Shown here: positions 24,245-33,384 of the stretch, one piece after another
Layout of the letters: the number at the start of each line of letters is the position of its first letter
How positions within the stretch are numbered: position 1 is the first letter of the stretch
Source: Phycisphaerales bacterium UBA5793
GTDB taxonomy: Bacteria; Planctomycetota; Phycisphaerae; Phycisphaerales; UBA5793
DNA length: 64,000 nucleotides
Direction: 5' to 3'
Assembly: GCA_002418285.1 (NCBI GenBank)
Contig: DIDT01000032.1
Span: forward strand, 78,737-142,736
Position numbers and translations under genes: made by a program
The notes under the pieces: generated by a model
Told to the model about the DNA's origin: nothing
What the model saw: only the letters and a program-made list of their open reading frames with translations
Database searches by the model: none

Positions 24245-25483
24245 CTAGACCGACACCCCGGCGACGTAGCCGCTCGACCAGGCCCACTGGAAGTTGTACC
24301 CGCCGATGCGGCCGTCCACATCGCAGATCTCCCCACACAGGAACACGCCGGGACACACGCGCGACTCCATCGTCGCTACGTTGATCTCGCGGAGCGGCAC
24401 GCCCCCAGCCGTTACCTCAGCGACGGCGAAGCCCTTGTCGCCGACGATGGGAAGCGGCATGGCCGTGATGGCCTGCACCAGCGCGCGGCGCGATTCGCGC
24501 GAAAGTTGGCTGATCGGTCGGGAGGGATCGACCTTCGCTTCCTCGCAGAGCGCACGCGTCAGTCGCTCGGGAAGCTTTCGGCGCAGCACCCCTGCGATAT
24601 TTCGATCATCGCGTGTCTGAAGCAATCCGTCGATGTTGTCGGCGGATTCATCCGGCAGCCAGTTGACTGTGAGTTGCGTGTTCGGGTCGCTCGCATGCGC
24701 AGCGAGGTAGTACCGGCTGATGTCCAGAACGGAGGGGCCGGACAAGCCGAAGTGGGTGCACAGCGTGGAGTCCGTAAACGCGGCGAGCACTTTTCCTGTG
24801 GCGCTGCGCACTTCGAGTCTTGTGTGAAGCGTCAGTCCGCTCAGCGCACGAATGAAGTGGCCTTCGGGAAGGAGAAGCGGCACGAGCGCGGGGAAGATGC
24901 GCTCGGTGAGCGAATGTCCCAGGCGGCTCGCCAGCGTGTAACCGAAACCATCCGAACCGGTCTTGGGCAGACTGCGGCCACCAGTGGCCAGGATCACTCG
25001 ATCAGCCCTGCAATTGCCCCACGGTCCGTGCAATTCGAATCGTCCGGCATCCGTTCGCTCGATCGACTCCACGCGGTGCCCCGGCTTGATGTGTGCACCG
25101 ACGCGTCGCACCTCGCCGAGGAGTGCGTCGAGCACGGTCGAGGCGTCATCGGTGATGGGAAAGAGCTTACCGGTGTCCTCCCGCTTGAGTTCCACGCCAA
25201 TTTTTCGGAAGAAAGTGACGGTTTTTGCCGAGTCAAATCGCTGGATTACTTTTCGGATGGCGTGTCGAGACGAACCGGCGAAAGCCCTCTCGTCCACGAC
25301 ATCATGTGTCACATTACAGCGGCCGCCACCCGAGACGAGAAGCTTGGCGCCGATGCGATTGGCTCCATCAAACACGATGAGATATGTTCGTTTCGCGCTA
25401 CGCGCGTTTACCTGTCCTGCCCAGATTGCCGCCATGAGTCCTGCGGCCCCTGCACCGACGACGACCACATCAGCACGATCCAT
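24245..25483 (-). CDS. HI0933/BaiN-family NAD(P)/FAD-dependent flavoprotein
   Basis: Start moved to ATG 25483. MDRADVVVVGAGAAGLMAAIWAG Rossmann motif, SGGGRCNVTH, C-terminal GEICDVDGRIGGYNFQWAWSSGYVAG. Confidence 0.85.
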   Translation of the reverse strand: MDRADVVVVGAGAAGLMAAIWAGQVNARSAKRTYLIVFDGANRIGAKLLVSGGGRCNVTHDVVDERAFAGSSRHAIRKVIQRFDSAKTVTFFRKIGVELKREDTGKLFPITDDASTVLDALLGEVRRVGAHIKPGHRVESIERTDAGRFELHGPWGNCRADRVILATGGRSLPKTGSDGFGYTLASRLGHSLTERIFPALVPLLLPEGHFIRALSGLTLHTRLEVRSATGKVLAAFTDSTLCTHFGLSGPSVLDISRYYLAAHASDPNTQLTVNWLPDESADNIDGLLQTRDDRNIAGVLRRKLPERLTRALCEEAKVDPSRPISQLSRESRRALVQAITAMPLPIVGDKGFAVAEVTAGGVPLREINVATMESRVCPGVFLCGEICDVDGRIGGYNFQWAWSSGYVAGVSV

Positions 25484-25865
25484 GGGTGAGCATAGTCGCG
25501 CGGCAAACCGAAACAGAGTTGCTCCCAACTGCTGAACAGATGTTTGGGTTGCGAACTTTTGTTTCTCGCGCGCTTGCTTCACGCATGGCCATGTGAACAA
25601 TCCCTGCGATCTCGATACTGAAGCAAGCATCCCGTTGGCTTCAGGTATCGGAGTGTCGCGTGCAAGAGGGGTCGGCAAGCGCGATACGGGCTGCCCTTCC
25701 AGTCGGCATCAAGACAGGTGCGCAATACGACTGGTGACGCCGGCAAACAAGCAGGTTTCACGGTTTCGGTTTCGTTGAACCGGGGCCCCGAGTCCTGTCG
25801 GGTTCAAAGTAGCCCGCAACATGCGAGGAGCGTCGCACGGCGTCGCTTCGATCGAGGGGAAGAGA

Positions 25866-27482
25866 ATGCCCATCCGACGAATCTGGATTGTGGTTTTGGC
25901 CACCATCGGCACGATTGCGTGTGCGCCCGCCCTGGCGACAAGCTCACGCGAAGCGGTCAATGCGACCGAAGCCGCAACCCGGTCACGGGCCGCCGAAGCG
26001 CAGCCGTGTGTTTGGACTCGCGATTTTCCGCCACCGGTCGACGAACTGCCGATTTCCGTGATTCCCAGGGGTGATAGCTTCGCCGTGTGGACGCCGGATC
26101 TGGGGACCCTCCGCGAGGCGGTTGACCTCCCGTTTTATCTCTCCACCGATTGCGATGTGCAAACTCGGCTGGAGGTTGATACGAACGGTTATGACATGAT
26201 CTTTCAGATCATGAATACCACCGGTTTGGCGCAGAGTCTGCCGACACTGCAGATCCCCGGCAATCAGCTGTTGCCGGTCATTGAGAATCTCGATCATCGA
26301 GTTGGATGCGAGTGGGAGACCATCGATGCGAGTGATGGCAGTCAATATTCCTCGCGCAAGGCGGCGTATCCCGAATCGCTGTACGCGCCGGTGCTTGTGA
26401 TGCGCGACTGGCACTTCGCAGTTGGCTTCGCACTGCATTACGACGTCTTGGGGTACGCCCATGACATCCGCACGAATCTGTATCGTGGTCCATCCGGATC
26501 CCCGTATGCCGATTTCTGGACCGCCCGCTTCTACCTCGATGGAATGATTCAGCCAGGTGAGACGCGGTACTACCGCATCAACGTCTACTACAACCTGCCC
26601 AAGGACTGGATTTTCACGCTCCGATCCTATCGCAAGTTTCTCCGCTCGGCGTACGGCGGCGTCCAGTACCGCCAGGACATGCGCCCCGTCTGGATGCAGC
26701 AGCTTGGAGATACGCGGCGGTTGTCATCCGACAACACGCGCGGCTTTAACGGCGCCCGCGCCGATCTCAACGGGTTCGTTGAGGATGTCGATTCCGATCT
26801 GGGGTACATGCTCAGCGCGGGTTACGAACGAGCACTCGTGCGCACTCCGGCCGGAGTGTACTACCGAAACCGTCAGAACAACTTTCCACCACAGATCACA
26901 ACCTCCTGGACGCCGCCGATGCGGGCGACAGGCCGCGAGTGGCGCCGGATGGGTCAGGCCGGAATTGACCTCTACTTCTGGTGGGGACGCAGTGGCCAGT
27001 TCGCGGATCGCTGGGACGATGATGAACTGGACGATTTCGATCCTTCCGATTCGACGCAATCCAGCCAGATGATGCTGGAATGGACGAACGCCATCGACGT
27101 GGGCGCAGTGGGATTGGGCCTCGACAAGTTCACCGTCCTGCGGCCGTGGGCCGCATTTCCATGGCTTGATCGACTTTGGGCCGCCAAATCAGATGCGTCG
27201 TTCGTTGCGGAGCCAGTCGCGTATGACCTGCTGAACATCCGCGTTCCGACCTTTCTCTATTCAGAAGACGTTCGCAACCAGCCTCATTTGCTGGCGGACT
27301 TCCTCGTCCCCGGTCGCGAGATCTGGGTGCTGTTGGAGGGTGAAGATAACACTCTACAACGTGCACTCGAGTTGATTGACAATGGTCTAACGATTGTGAC
27401 CAATGCTCAGGACTTTGGCGCCGACGACCTGATGGAGGCGGTGCGCCGGGCGCAGAACTGCGGACCATTTCGCGGCGATTGA
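25866..27482 (+). CDS. Secreted protein of unknown function (538 aa)
   Basis: ATG 25866 lies after GAGGGGAAGAG. Signal peptide MPIRRIWIVVLATIGTIACAPALA. Codon usage matches the neighbouring genes. I recognise no family motif. Confidence 0.7.
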   Translation: MPIRRIWIVVLATIGTIACAPALATSSREAVNATEAATRSRAAEAQPCVWTRDFPPPVDELPISVIPRGDSFAVWTPDLGTLREAVDLPFYLSTDCDVQTRLEVDTNGYDMIFQIMNTTGLAQSLPTLQIPGNQLLPVIENLDHRVGCEWETIDASDGSQYSSRKAAYPESLYAPVLVMRDWHFAVGFALHYDVLGYAHDIRTNLYRGPSGSPYADFWTARFYLDGMIQPGETRYYRINVYYNLPKDWIFTLRSYRKFLRSAYGGVQYRQDMRPVWMQQLGDTRRLSSDNTRGFNGARADLNGFVEDVDSDLGYMLSAGYERALVRTPAGVYYRNRQNNFPPQITTSWTPPMRATGREWRRMGQAGIDLYFWWGRSGQFADRWDDDELDDFDPSDSTQSSQMMLEWTNAIDVGAVGLGLDKFTVLRPWAAFPWLDRLWAAKSDASFVAEPVAYDLLNIRVPTFLYSEDVRNQPHLLADFLVPGREIWVLLEGEDNTLQRALELIDNGLTIVTNAQDFGADDLMEAVRRAQNCGPFRGD

Positions 27483-27501
27483 GCGATCGGGCGAGCAGGC
27501 C

Positions 27502-28239
27502 TTACCGTGCCCACGAGTCCGGTTGGGGAGCTTCCGCTGGCTCGCTATCGATAACAACCCGCCAGGCATGGAGGCCGAAGCGCCCGTCCCAGGGCGGTCC
27601 GCCATACAACTCATCGCCCAGCAGCGGGTGGCCGAGGTGCGACAGCCCCGCGCGAATCTGGTGCCGCCGACCCGGTCCGATCAGATCCACCTCGAGCAGC
27701 GTGTGGTGCGGGAATCTTGTGCGCACTCGCCATCGGCACTGACCTCGTTCGGCGTCCGCGCCTGAATCAGAAACCGAGATTTTCCTTGAGCGTCGGTAGC
27801 GCGAGTGGAAGAACAGTTCGAATGAACCCGGCGATGCATCACCCTCGACCATCGCGAGGTATGTTTTGCCAATCCCGCCCGATGGCCTGCGAATTGCACT
27901 TCTGAGCCGCGCGACGGCTTCGTCACTTCGTCCCGCAATCACGCAGCCTGAGGTGAGATAATCCAGTCGCTGCACCAGGCCGGACTCGCGCAGTGGAGCC
28001 AGCTCGGGAAACTGCGCTTCCAGCCAGTCCTGGAGCACCGGATCCGATGATGACGCCTCATCTGATCCAGACCCATGCCCGCCGTGGCCGGTGCGCACGC
28101 AGTGCCAGCCGCTGGGTTTGTTGATGACGAGCCACTGTTCCGTCTGGCCGATCGCTTGGGGTTGGATTGGTGTCTGCGGCAAGCTGGTCTCCGGGTGATT
28201 ATGGCCCATCGATTCGCAAGTGCCGGATTCCATTGACAT
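27502..28239 (-). CDS. RluA-family pseudouridine synthase
   Basis: WLVINKPSGW, VQRLDYLTSGCVIAGRS (catalytic Asp motif), GKTYLAMVEG, GRRHQIRAGLSHLGHPLLGDELYGG. The start is uncertain (28239, 28233 or 28209). Confidence 0.85.
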   Translation of the reverse strand: MSMESGTCESMGHNHPETSLPQTPIQPQAIGQTEQWLVINKPSGWHCVRTGHGGHGSGSDEASSSDPVLQDWLEAQFPELAPLRESGLVQRLDYLTSGCVIAGRSDEAVARLRSAIRRPSGGIGKTYLAMVEGDASPGSFELFFHSRYRRSRKISVSDSGADAERGQCRWRVRTRFPHHTLLEVDLIGPGRRHQIRAGLSHLGHPLLGDELYGGPPWDGRFGLHAWRVVIDSEPAEAPQPDSWAR

Positions 28240-29053
28240 GCCCAGGGGGATTCAGGTCAATATGCTCATTTCAATGGAGTGGCGCACCCAATTGACCGCG
28301 GCAGGGGACCAGATCGAACGCGAGTGGCTGGGCTTCGCCCGGCCGCACCCGGCTCGCGTGCTCGATGGCCTTTGTGGATTCTCGCAAGCCGCGTTTGTCC
28401 CCGATATCGTGGGCCAACACTACTGCCCACGCTGCGCCGGCTCGGTTGGAGCGGGAGAGTTCATCGAGGGTAAGGGCTGCGCGGCGTGCCGAAATCGTCG
28501 CTACCCGTGGGAGCAGATCATCCGCCTTGGTCGGCACGATGGCGACTTGCGCCAATGGGTCCACGAGATCAAGTTTCACGCATGGGATGCCATGGGGATC
28601 GAGCTTGGCCGCCGACTCGGTCGCTCGCTGATTCAGGTTGGTGTGCGGCCGGATGCGGTTGTTCCAGTTCCCGCATCCGCATGGCGGAGGTGGCGGCGCG
28701 GTATCGATCATTCGCGAACTATCGCGTCGGGAGTTGCTTCGGTCTTGGATCTACCCATTGTGCGGGCGATGAAACGAAAGTCGCGGCCGCCGCAGCGAGC
28801 CGTCCCGCCCTCGCGCCGTCGCGAGAATGTTCGCGGCGCGTTCGGCGTCCGTCGCCTGAACTTTCTTCGTGACGCTTCAATCTTGCTTGTGGATGATGTC
28901 ACCACCACGCGGGCGACACTGCTTGAAGCATGCACCACCTTGCGCCGACAGGCAGGCGTTGCGATCATCACGTGCGCGGTCCTGACCGTGGCAGAGACCG
29001 TTCGGAGTCAACGGGTCATCCCCGAAGGAGCCAGCCCCGATCATGGCGGGTAG
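28220..29053 (+). CDS. ComF/GntX-family phosphoribosyltransferase-like protein
   Basis: N-terminal Zn-ribbon CPRC...CAACRNRR. PRTase motif ILLVDDVTTTRATL. The track start overlaps the divergent rluA-like start, so the true start is probably one of the ATGs at 28238, 28262 or 28274. Confidence 0.8.
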   Translation: MPDSIDMPRGIQVNMLISMEWRTQLTAAGDQIEREWLGFARPHPARVLDGLCGFSQAAFVPDIVGQHYCPRCAGSVGAGEFIEGKGCAACRNRRYPWEQIIRLGRHDGDLRQWVHEIKFHAWDAMGIELGRRLGRSLIQVGVRPDAVVPVPASAWRRWRRGIDHSRTIASGVASVLDLPIVRAMKRKSRPPQRAVPPSRRRENVRGAFGVRRLNFLRDASILLVDDVTTTRATLLEACTTLRRQAGVAIITCAVLTVAETVRSQRVIPEGASPDHGG

Positions 29054-29225
29054 GTGGACCGCCGACTAGGATTCGCACGTCAGCGGGGTGTGCCTGCGGG
29101 GAACGCTGAGCGGTCCTCGACTCAGCCGAGCCCCGTTTTCTTGGCACACTCTCCGTGCTTTTTTTCACAAGCGGTCGCTGACAACTTTCCCGGCGAACCG
29201 CATCAGGCAGGCGTGGTGGCAGCAA

Positions 29226-30386
29226 ATGACAGAGAACCTTCCTCGCATCGAGGGTTCCGATGGACCGGACCCTGCAAGCCTCATCGATCAGGAAGATCGT
29301 GAAGCCTACAAACTGCACAAACTGGCCGGCGAGCGACAGAGCGCTGCTGCGACGAAACCTGAAACAGGCTTCGCTCGCCAGATGCTTCAGCTTGTCCTGA
29401 TCCCCGCCCTGATCGTGGGTGGGGTGCTCGGCGTCTGGCTCATCGTTATCTCACTCGGGGGTCAGGCGCAGAGTCTGGACATGGTGCTGGGCACGCTCGG
29501 CAAAACCGGCGGTGGCGTGCCCGCAGACCAGGAGCGCGCCCGCATGGCACTCAGCCTCCTGAGCATTATCGAAGATGCCTCCGATCCAAACGGCAGTTCA
29601 ATCTCCGAGGAAGATCGGCACAAACTCGCCACTGAATTGCCCCGCATCGCTCGTCTCAACCGTGGCGGCCACGAGGAGCTCTGTCGCGCCGTCATGGGCG
29701 CCCTGGGCCTGCTCGCCGATCCAACCACCGTCGAAGTCTTTCGTGAGTTCCTCGACTCACCCGACCAAAAAGACTGGTTTGCCGCAGTCTCCGGGTTGCA
29801 CGGCTGGCGCGGCGACATGGCCGTCCTCGAACCATTGACGCCCCAACTGCTCAAAGTCCTCCGCAACGCTCCCCGTCCAACTGACAATCCCCGGGATGAC
29901 CAGCCGGTCGACTCGCTCGCGCCGATCACGATGTCCGTGCTGGCGGTCGTTGCGGACCCGCAGAATCAGGAAGTCCGCGAGGCGCTGGCCAAGGAACTCG
30001 GTGCCGCATCGGGGGCCAATCGTGACATCGCATGGAACGCCGGCACTGCCTTGGCCGTTCTGGGCGACGAGCGAGGGGTGCCCGTGGTGATATCCCTGCT
30101 CGATCGGCAGTGGCTCAGCGAGCAGCCATACGATCCCCGACTGCCCAACAGCGGGCTGATCGACACTGCCTCGGTGCGAAAAATCATCACCAGCACGATC
30201 AATGTGGTGGTGGGCTTCGACCCGCGCTTGCAGGGATTCACCGTCCGGGTCAAGTCGCCGCAGGTCTGGGCTTTGATTGAGAAACTGGCCGAATCCGACC
30301 CCGACAGCGCGGTTCGCCAGTCAGCCCAGGCTGCGCTTGACGCGCGCGACGCGCAGCAAGGCGGCCGAAAGGAGTCCGGTGGCTGA
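29226..30386 (+). CDS. Single-pass membrane protein with HEAT/ARM-like helical repeats, function unknown
   Basis: Start moved to ATG 29226 (MTENLPRIEG...). TM helix MLQLVLIPALIVGGVLGVWLIVISLGG. The rest is repetitive and helical (CRAVMGALGLLADPTTVEVFREFLDSPD..., IAWNAGTALAVLGDERGVPVVISLLD, PDSAVRQSAQAALD). Confidence 0.65.
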   Translation: MTENLPRIEGSDGPDPASLIDQEDREAYKLHKLAGERQSAAATKPETGFARQMLQLVLIPALIVGGVLGVWLIVISLGGQAQSLDMVLGTLGKTGGGVPADQERARMALSLLSIIEDASDPNGSSISEEDRHKLATELPRIARLNRGGHEELCRAVMGALGLLADPTTVEVFREFLDSPDQKDWFAAVSGLHGWRGDMAVLEPLTPQLLKVLRNAPRPTDNPRDDQPVDSLAPITMSVLAVVADPQNQEVREALAKELGAASGANRDIAWNAGTALAVLGDERGVPVVISLLDRQWLSEQPYDPRLPNSGLIDTASVRKIITSTINVVVGFDPRLQGFTVRVKSPQVWALIEKLAESDPDSAVRQSAQAALDARDAQQGGRKESGG

Positions 30387-30516
30387 TTCGCACCAAAACC
30401 GGCTTAGACCCGGGTGCGGAGCGTGTCGTCCTTGCGTATCATCTGAATCCCCGGTCTGATTCACGTCGATGAAGACCTTGAATAACGGTTTTTGATCTCA
30501 GCGAGAGTGCGACGAA

Positions 30517-31608
30517 ATGGCGGAAACGCACAAGGAAATCGTCAAAGTCTGGATCGCTCCCGGCTGCATCGTTTGCGATGCCTGCGAAACGGACTGTCCT
30601 GAGGTGTTTGACGTGCAGGAAGAGACCTGCATCATTCGCCCCCCGGCCCTCAAGCCGGATTTCACGCGACCGCTCACCCCGTCGATCATCACCGCTGCCG
30701 AGGGCTGCCCCGTCGATGTCATCAAGTTTGACATGATCGACGTTGATGGCCCGGAGCCTGCCGAGTGGGCCAAGCAGAAGGAAGCGGCGGAGGCCCCCGC
30801 CGCCGCCGGCGGGGGCGCTGGTGGGGGTGGTGGAGGCGGAGCCGCCGCTGCCGTCAGTTACGCCCCTCCCGATCCGAAGTGGGTCCAACTGCTCGAGGCG
30901 GCCCATGTCTCCGGCAGTCGGTCCGCAGGCGGGCCGCGATCAGTTATTCGCACGGCCAAGGTCCAACCCGAGTCAATTCAACAGGCGTTGCCTCTCGGGG
31001 CTCCGCCGGACGCGCAATTCGCCACGATGGTTGGTACCGGCTTCGTAAAGGCCGGCAAGTCGGTCGCTGATCGCATTCGCGAGACGGCCGAGAAGAAAGT
31101 CGCTGCGAGCACCGGCATGACGCGCCGCGGCTTTGGAGTGACGCTTGCTGCCGCCTGGGGCGCGCTCGTCTTTGTCAGCGCGACTTCGCTCGCCTGGCTC
31201 CAGTCATTCATGATTCCCAAGGCGCCGATCCTGCCGCCCACTCGCGTGCGCGTCGGCAAGCTTTCCGCGTACTCCGAACTTGGCGTGTACGAGGACTACA
31301 AACCGCAGAACATTTGGATCGTCACGCTCGAAGAAGAGGGCGTCAAGAAGGTCGTCGCAATCAACACCGTCTGCACGCACCTCGGCTGCATTCCGAACTG
31401 GTTGCCCGCCGCCCAGATCTTCAAGTGCCCCTGCCACGGCTCAGGATTCCGCAAGACCGGCATCAACTTCGAAGGCCCCGCGCCGCGACCATTGGAGCGC
31501 TTCAAGGTCGAGGTTGACGCGACCGGCACGCTCATCGTGGACAAGGGCACCAAGTTCCGTCAGGAACTCGGTCAGTGGTCCAACCCGGCGGCCCAGATCC
31601 TCGTCTGA
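30517..31608 (+). CDS. Ferredoxin-domain / Gly-Ala linker / TM anchor with internal twin-arginine motif / Rieske [2Fe-2S] domain fusion
   Basis: aa 17-27 CIVCDACETDCP plus aa 64 CP (AAEGCPVDVIKF) form an Fe-S ferredoxin fold. aa 93-113 is APAAAGGGAGGGGGGGAAAAV. aa 201-226 is MTRRGFGVTLAAAWGALVFVSATSLA. The Rieske boxes are CTHLGC (aa 286-291, nt 31372) and CPCHGS (aa 304-309). It is a single uninterrupted ORF. Confidence 0.85.
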   Translation: MAETHKEIVKVWIAPGCIVCDACETDCPEVFDVQEETCIIRPPALKPDFTRPLTPSIITAAEGCPVDVIKFDMIDVDGPEPAEWAKQKEAAEAPAAAGGGAGGGGGGGAAAAVSYAPPDPKWVQLLEAAHVSGSRSAGGPRSVIRTAKVQPESIQQALPLGAPPDAQFATMVGTGFVKAGKSVADRIRETAEKKVAASTGMTRRGFGVTLAAAWGALVFVSATSLAWLQSFMIPKAPILPPTRVRVGKLSAYSELGVYEDYKPQNIWIVTLEEEGVKKVVAINTVCTHLGCIPNWLPAAQIFKCPCHGSGFRKTGINFEGPAPRPLERFKVEVDATGTLIVDKGTKFRQELGQWSNPAAQILV

Positions 31609-31639
31609 TTCACGCATCTGGCGTCGTACAGAACACAAC

Positions 31640-31679
31640 AGGGTGAGAGGCAATCATGCTTCTCACCCTTCCAGTTTTT
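31640..31679 (+). terminator. Intrinsic terminator after the ferredoxin-Rieske gene
   Basis: 9-bp stem AGGGTGAGA (31640-31648) / TCTCACCCT (31661-31669) with a 12-nt loop, followed by TCCAGTTTTTCTCT. Confidence 0.65.
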
Positions 31680-31701
31680 CTCTGCGACGTTTGCGACCAG
31701 G

Positions 31702-33384
31702 TCAATCGTTCAGGGCACGGTTACCCACGCCGTAGTTGAGCACCGTCATCGCGAAGATCACAGCGAACATCGCCCACGCCACTGCTGACGCGAGCCCAAG
31801 CTGAAACTCGTCAGTGAACGCAAGGTTGTAGATGTAGTAGGTGAGCACTTCGGTTCCATACTTGCCCTGCGTCATCGCGCGGGCCTGGTCGAAGCCACCC
31901 TGCAAGCCGCCGATGGTCGACATGATGACAATGAAGAAAGTGGTGGGGGCCAGTTGGGGCCAGGTCACGTTCCAGAATCGCCGCCAAGTGCCGGCCCCGT
32001 CGATTTCCGCCGCCTCCAACAGTTCAGGCGGTACATTGGACAAGCCCGCCAGGAACAGCAGCATGTTCGCCCCGCCCACCGCCGTCCACACACCCATCAG
32101 AATCAGCGCGGGTTTCGCCCAGCGCTCATCAACGAGCCAGCGCGGCGGCTGCAACCCTTCACCGGCGGCGAACCCTTCACGCACTGGCGTCGCGCGTGAC
32201 ATGACGCGAGCGATCGCCGCTTGCGCCTTCGCCTCAGCATTGATCGAGGAGGCAAGCGACTCGCCCAGCAGTCGAGGCTGAATCGACTCGCCGAGCGTAT
32301 CGAAGATCAGATTGATCTCTGCTTCGCTCAAACCCGTGTCAGCGGCGCGGAGATCAGCGCGAATCGAAGCCGCCTCCTCGGTGGAAAAGTCCGCATACCC
32401 CGTCGCGAACAGCGACCGCGCCGGCATCTGGCACAGCGCGTAGCCGACACCCAGCCCCGTCGCCGCGATCGCCGCAACGGCCATAGCCGACCCGACCAGC
32501 GACAGCGAGCCGAAGTCACCGTCGAGCCGCTTGCGCACGGACACGAGCAGCAGCCAGCCACAACCGATCGATGCGCCGATCCAGACGGCAACGCCCAGCG
32601 CGTACCACAGTCCGGCCGGCGTGCTCGTCACCGCCCCCTGCATCCAATCGCACGCCGGGCGCAGCAACTCGTTGATCGCCCCTCCCGTCGGTTTGTAGAG
32701 CGACTTCCAGAGCAGGAACAACGCGATGCCCGCGAGCAGACTTGGCAGGTAGAAGATGGTGCGAAACACGACTACGCCGCCGCCGAGACCGATCGCCGTG
32801 ATACCCCCGAGCGCGAGAAACAGCATCGCCACGGCCTTGGCGGACCGCACGTCCAGTTCATGCCGCTCGAGCACCTGCTGATACGTCACCTGAATGGCTT
32901 GCTCACCCTGAATCTGCGCAGCGCTGCTCGCAAACGCCTCCCGTGTCGGCACCGGCCCTGGATGCATGACGAGATACGTGCTGCCTGCCGCAAGCATGCC
33001 GATCACCAGCGCGATCGCCACACCCTTCCACTTCGTAGCGGAGCGCTGCGGCCCGATCGGCCGATTGAGCATGAGCGCCACGAGCAACGATCCCGCAATG
33101 CCGATCGGAATGCAGATCAGCAGGTACGCCGTGTTGTAGAACGCGGTCCAGAAGAAGTGGCTCTCGTCGCCCCACAGAATGCGGCGGAAATTCTCAAGAC
33201 CGATGAACGACGGTGAGCGATTCGTCAGCTCGTTGTGTTTGGTCAGCGACCAGTCGGTAAAAGCCATCCACAAGCTGAACAGGACCGGCCCGGCTGTGAA
33301 GATCGCAAAGCCGATGAAGTTGGGCAGCAGAAACGCCCACGCCACAATCAGGCGCTTGCGCGAACTCGATCCCCCGGCGCTCAT
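31702..33384 (-). CDS. Carbohydrate-type ABC transporter permease (MalF/UgpA-like) with a large internal insertion
   Basis: C-terminal permease core with EAA loop LEAAEIDGAGTWRRFWNVTWPQLAPTTFFIVIM. N-terminal TM helices, plus an extra roughly 200-aa segment with additional hydrophobic helices and a helical soluble loop. Confidence 0.85.
   Translation of the reverse strand: MSAGGSSSRKRLIVAWAFLLPNFIGFAIFTAGPVLFSLWMAFTDWSLTKHNELTNRSPSFIGLENFRRILWGDESHFFWTAFYNTAYLLICIPIGIAGSLLVALMLNRPIGPQRSATKWKGVAIALVIGMLAAGSTYLVMHPGPVPTREAFASSAAQIQGEQAIQVTYQQVLERHELDVRSAKAVAMLFLALGGITAIGLGGGVVVFRTIFYLPSLLAGIALFLLWKSLYKPTGGAINELLRPACDWMQGAVTSTPAGLWYALGVAVWIGASIGCGWLLLVSVRKRLDGDFGSLSLVGSAMAVAAIAATGLGVGYALCQMPARSLFATGYADFSTEEAASIRADLRAADTGLSEAEINLIFDTLGESIQPRLLGESLASSINAEAKAQAAIARVMSRATPVREGFAAGEGLQPPRWLVDERWAKPALILMGVWTAVGGANMLLFLAGLSNVPPELLEAAEIDGAGTWRRFWNVTWPQLAPTTFFIVIMSTIGGLQGGFDQARAMTQGKYGTEVLTYYIYNLAFTDEFQLGLASAVAWAMFAVIFAMTVLNYGVGNRALND

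Noticed and set aside
30793-30856. G-rich tract (ggcgggggcgctggtgggggtggtggaggcgg) as a possible DNA repeat or G-quadruplex
   Set aside because: It lies in frame inside the ferredoxin-Rieske ORF and encodes the Gly/Ala linker. It has only two runs of three or more G, so a stable three-tetrad G4 is not supported.
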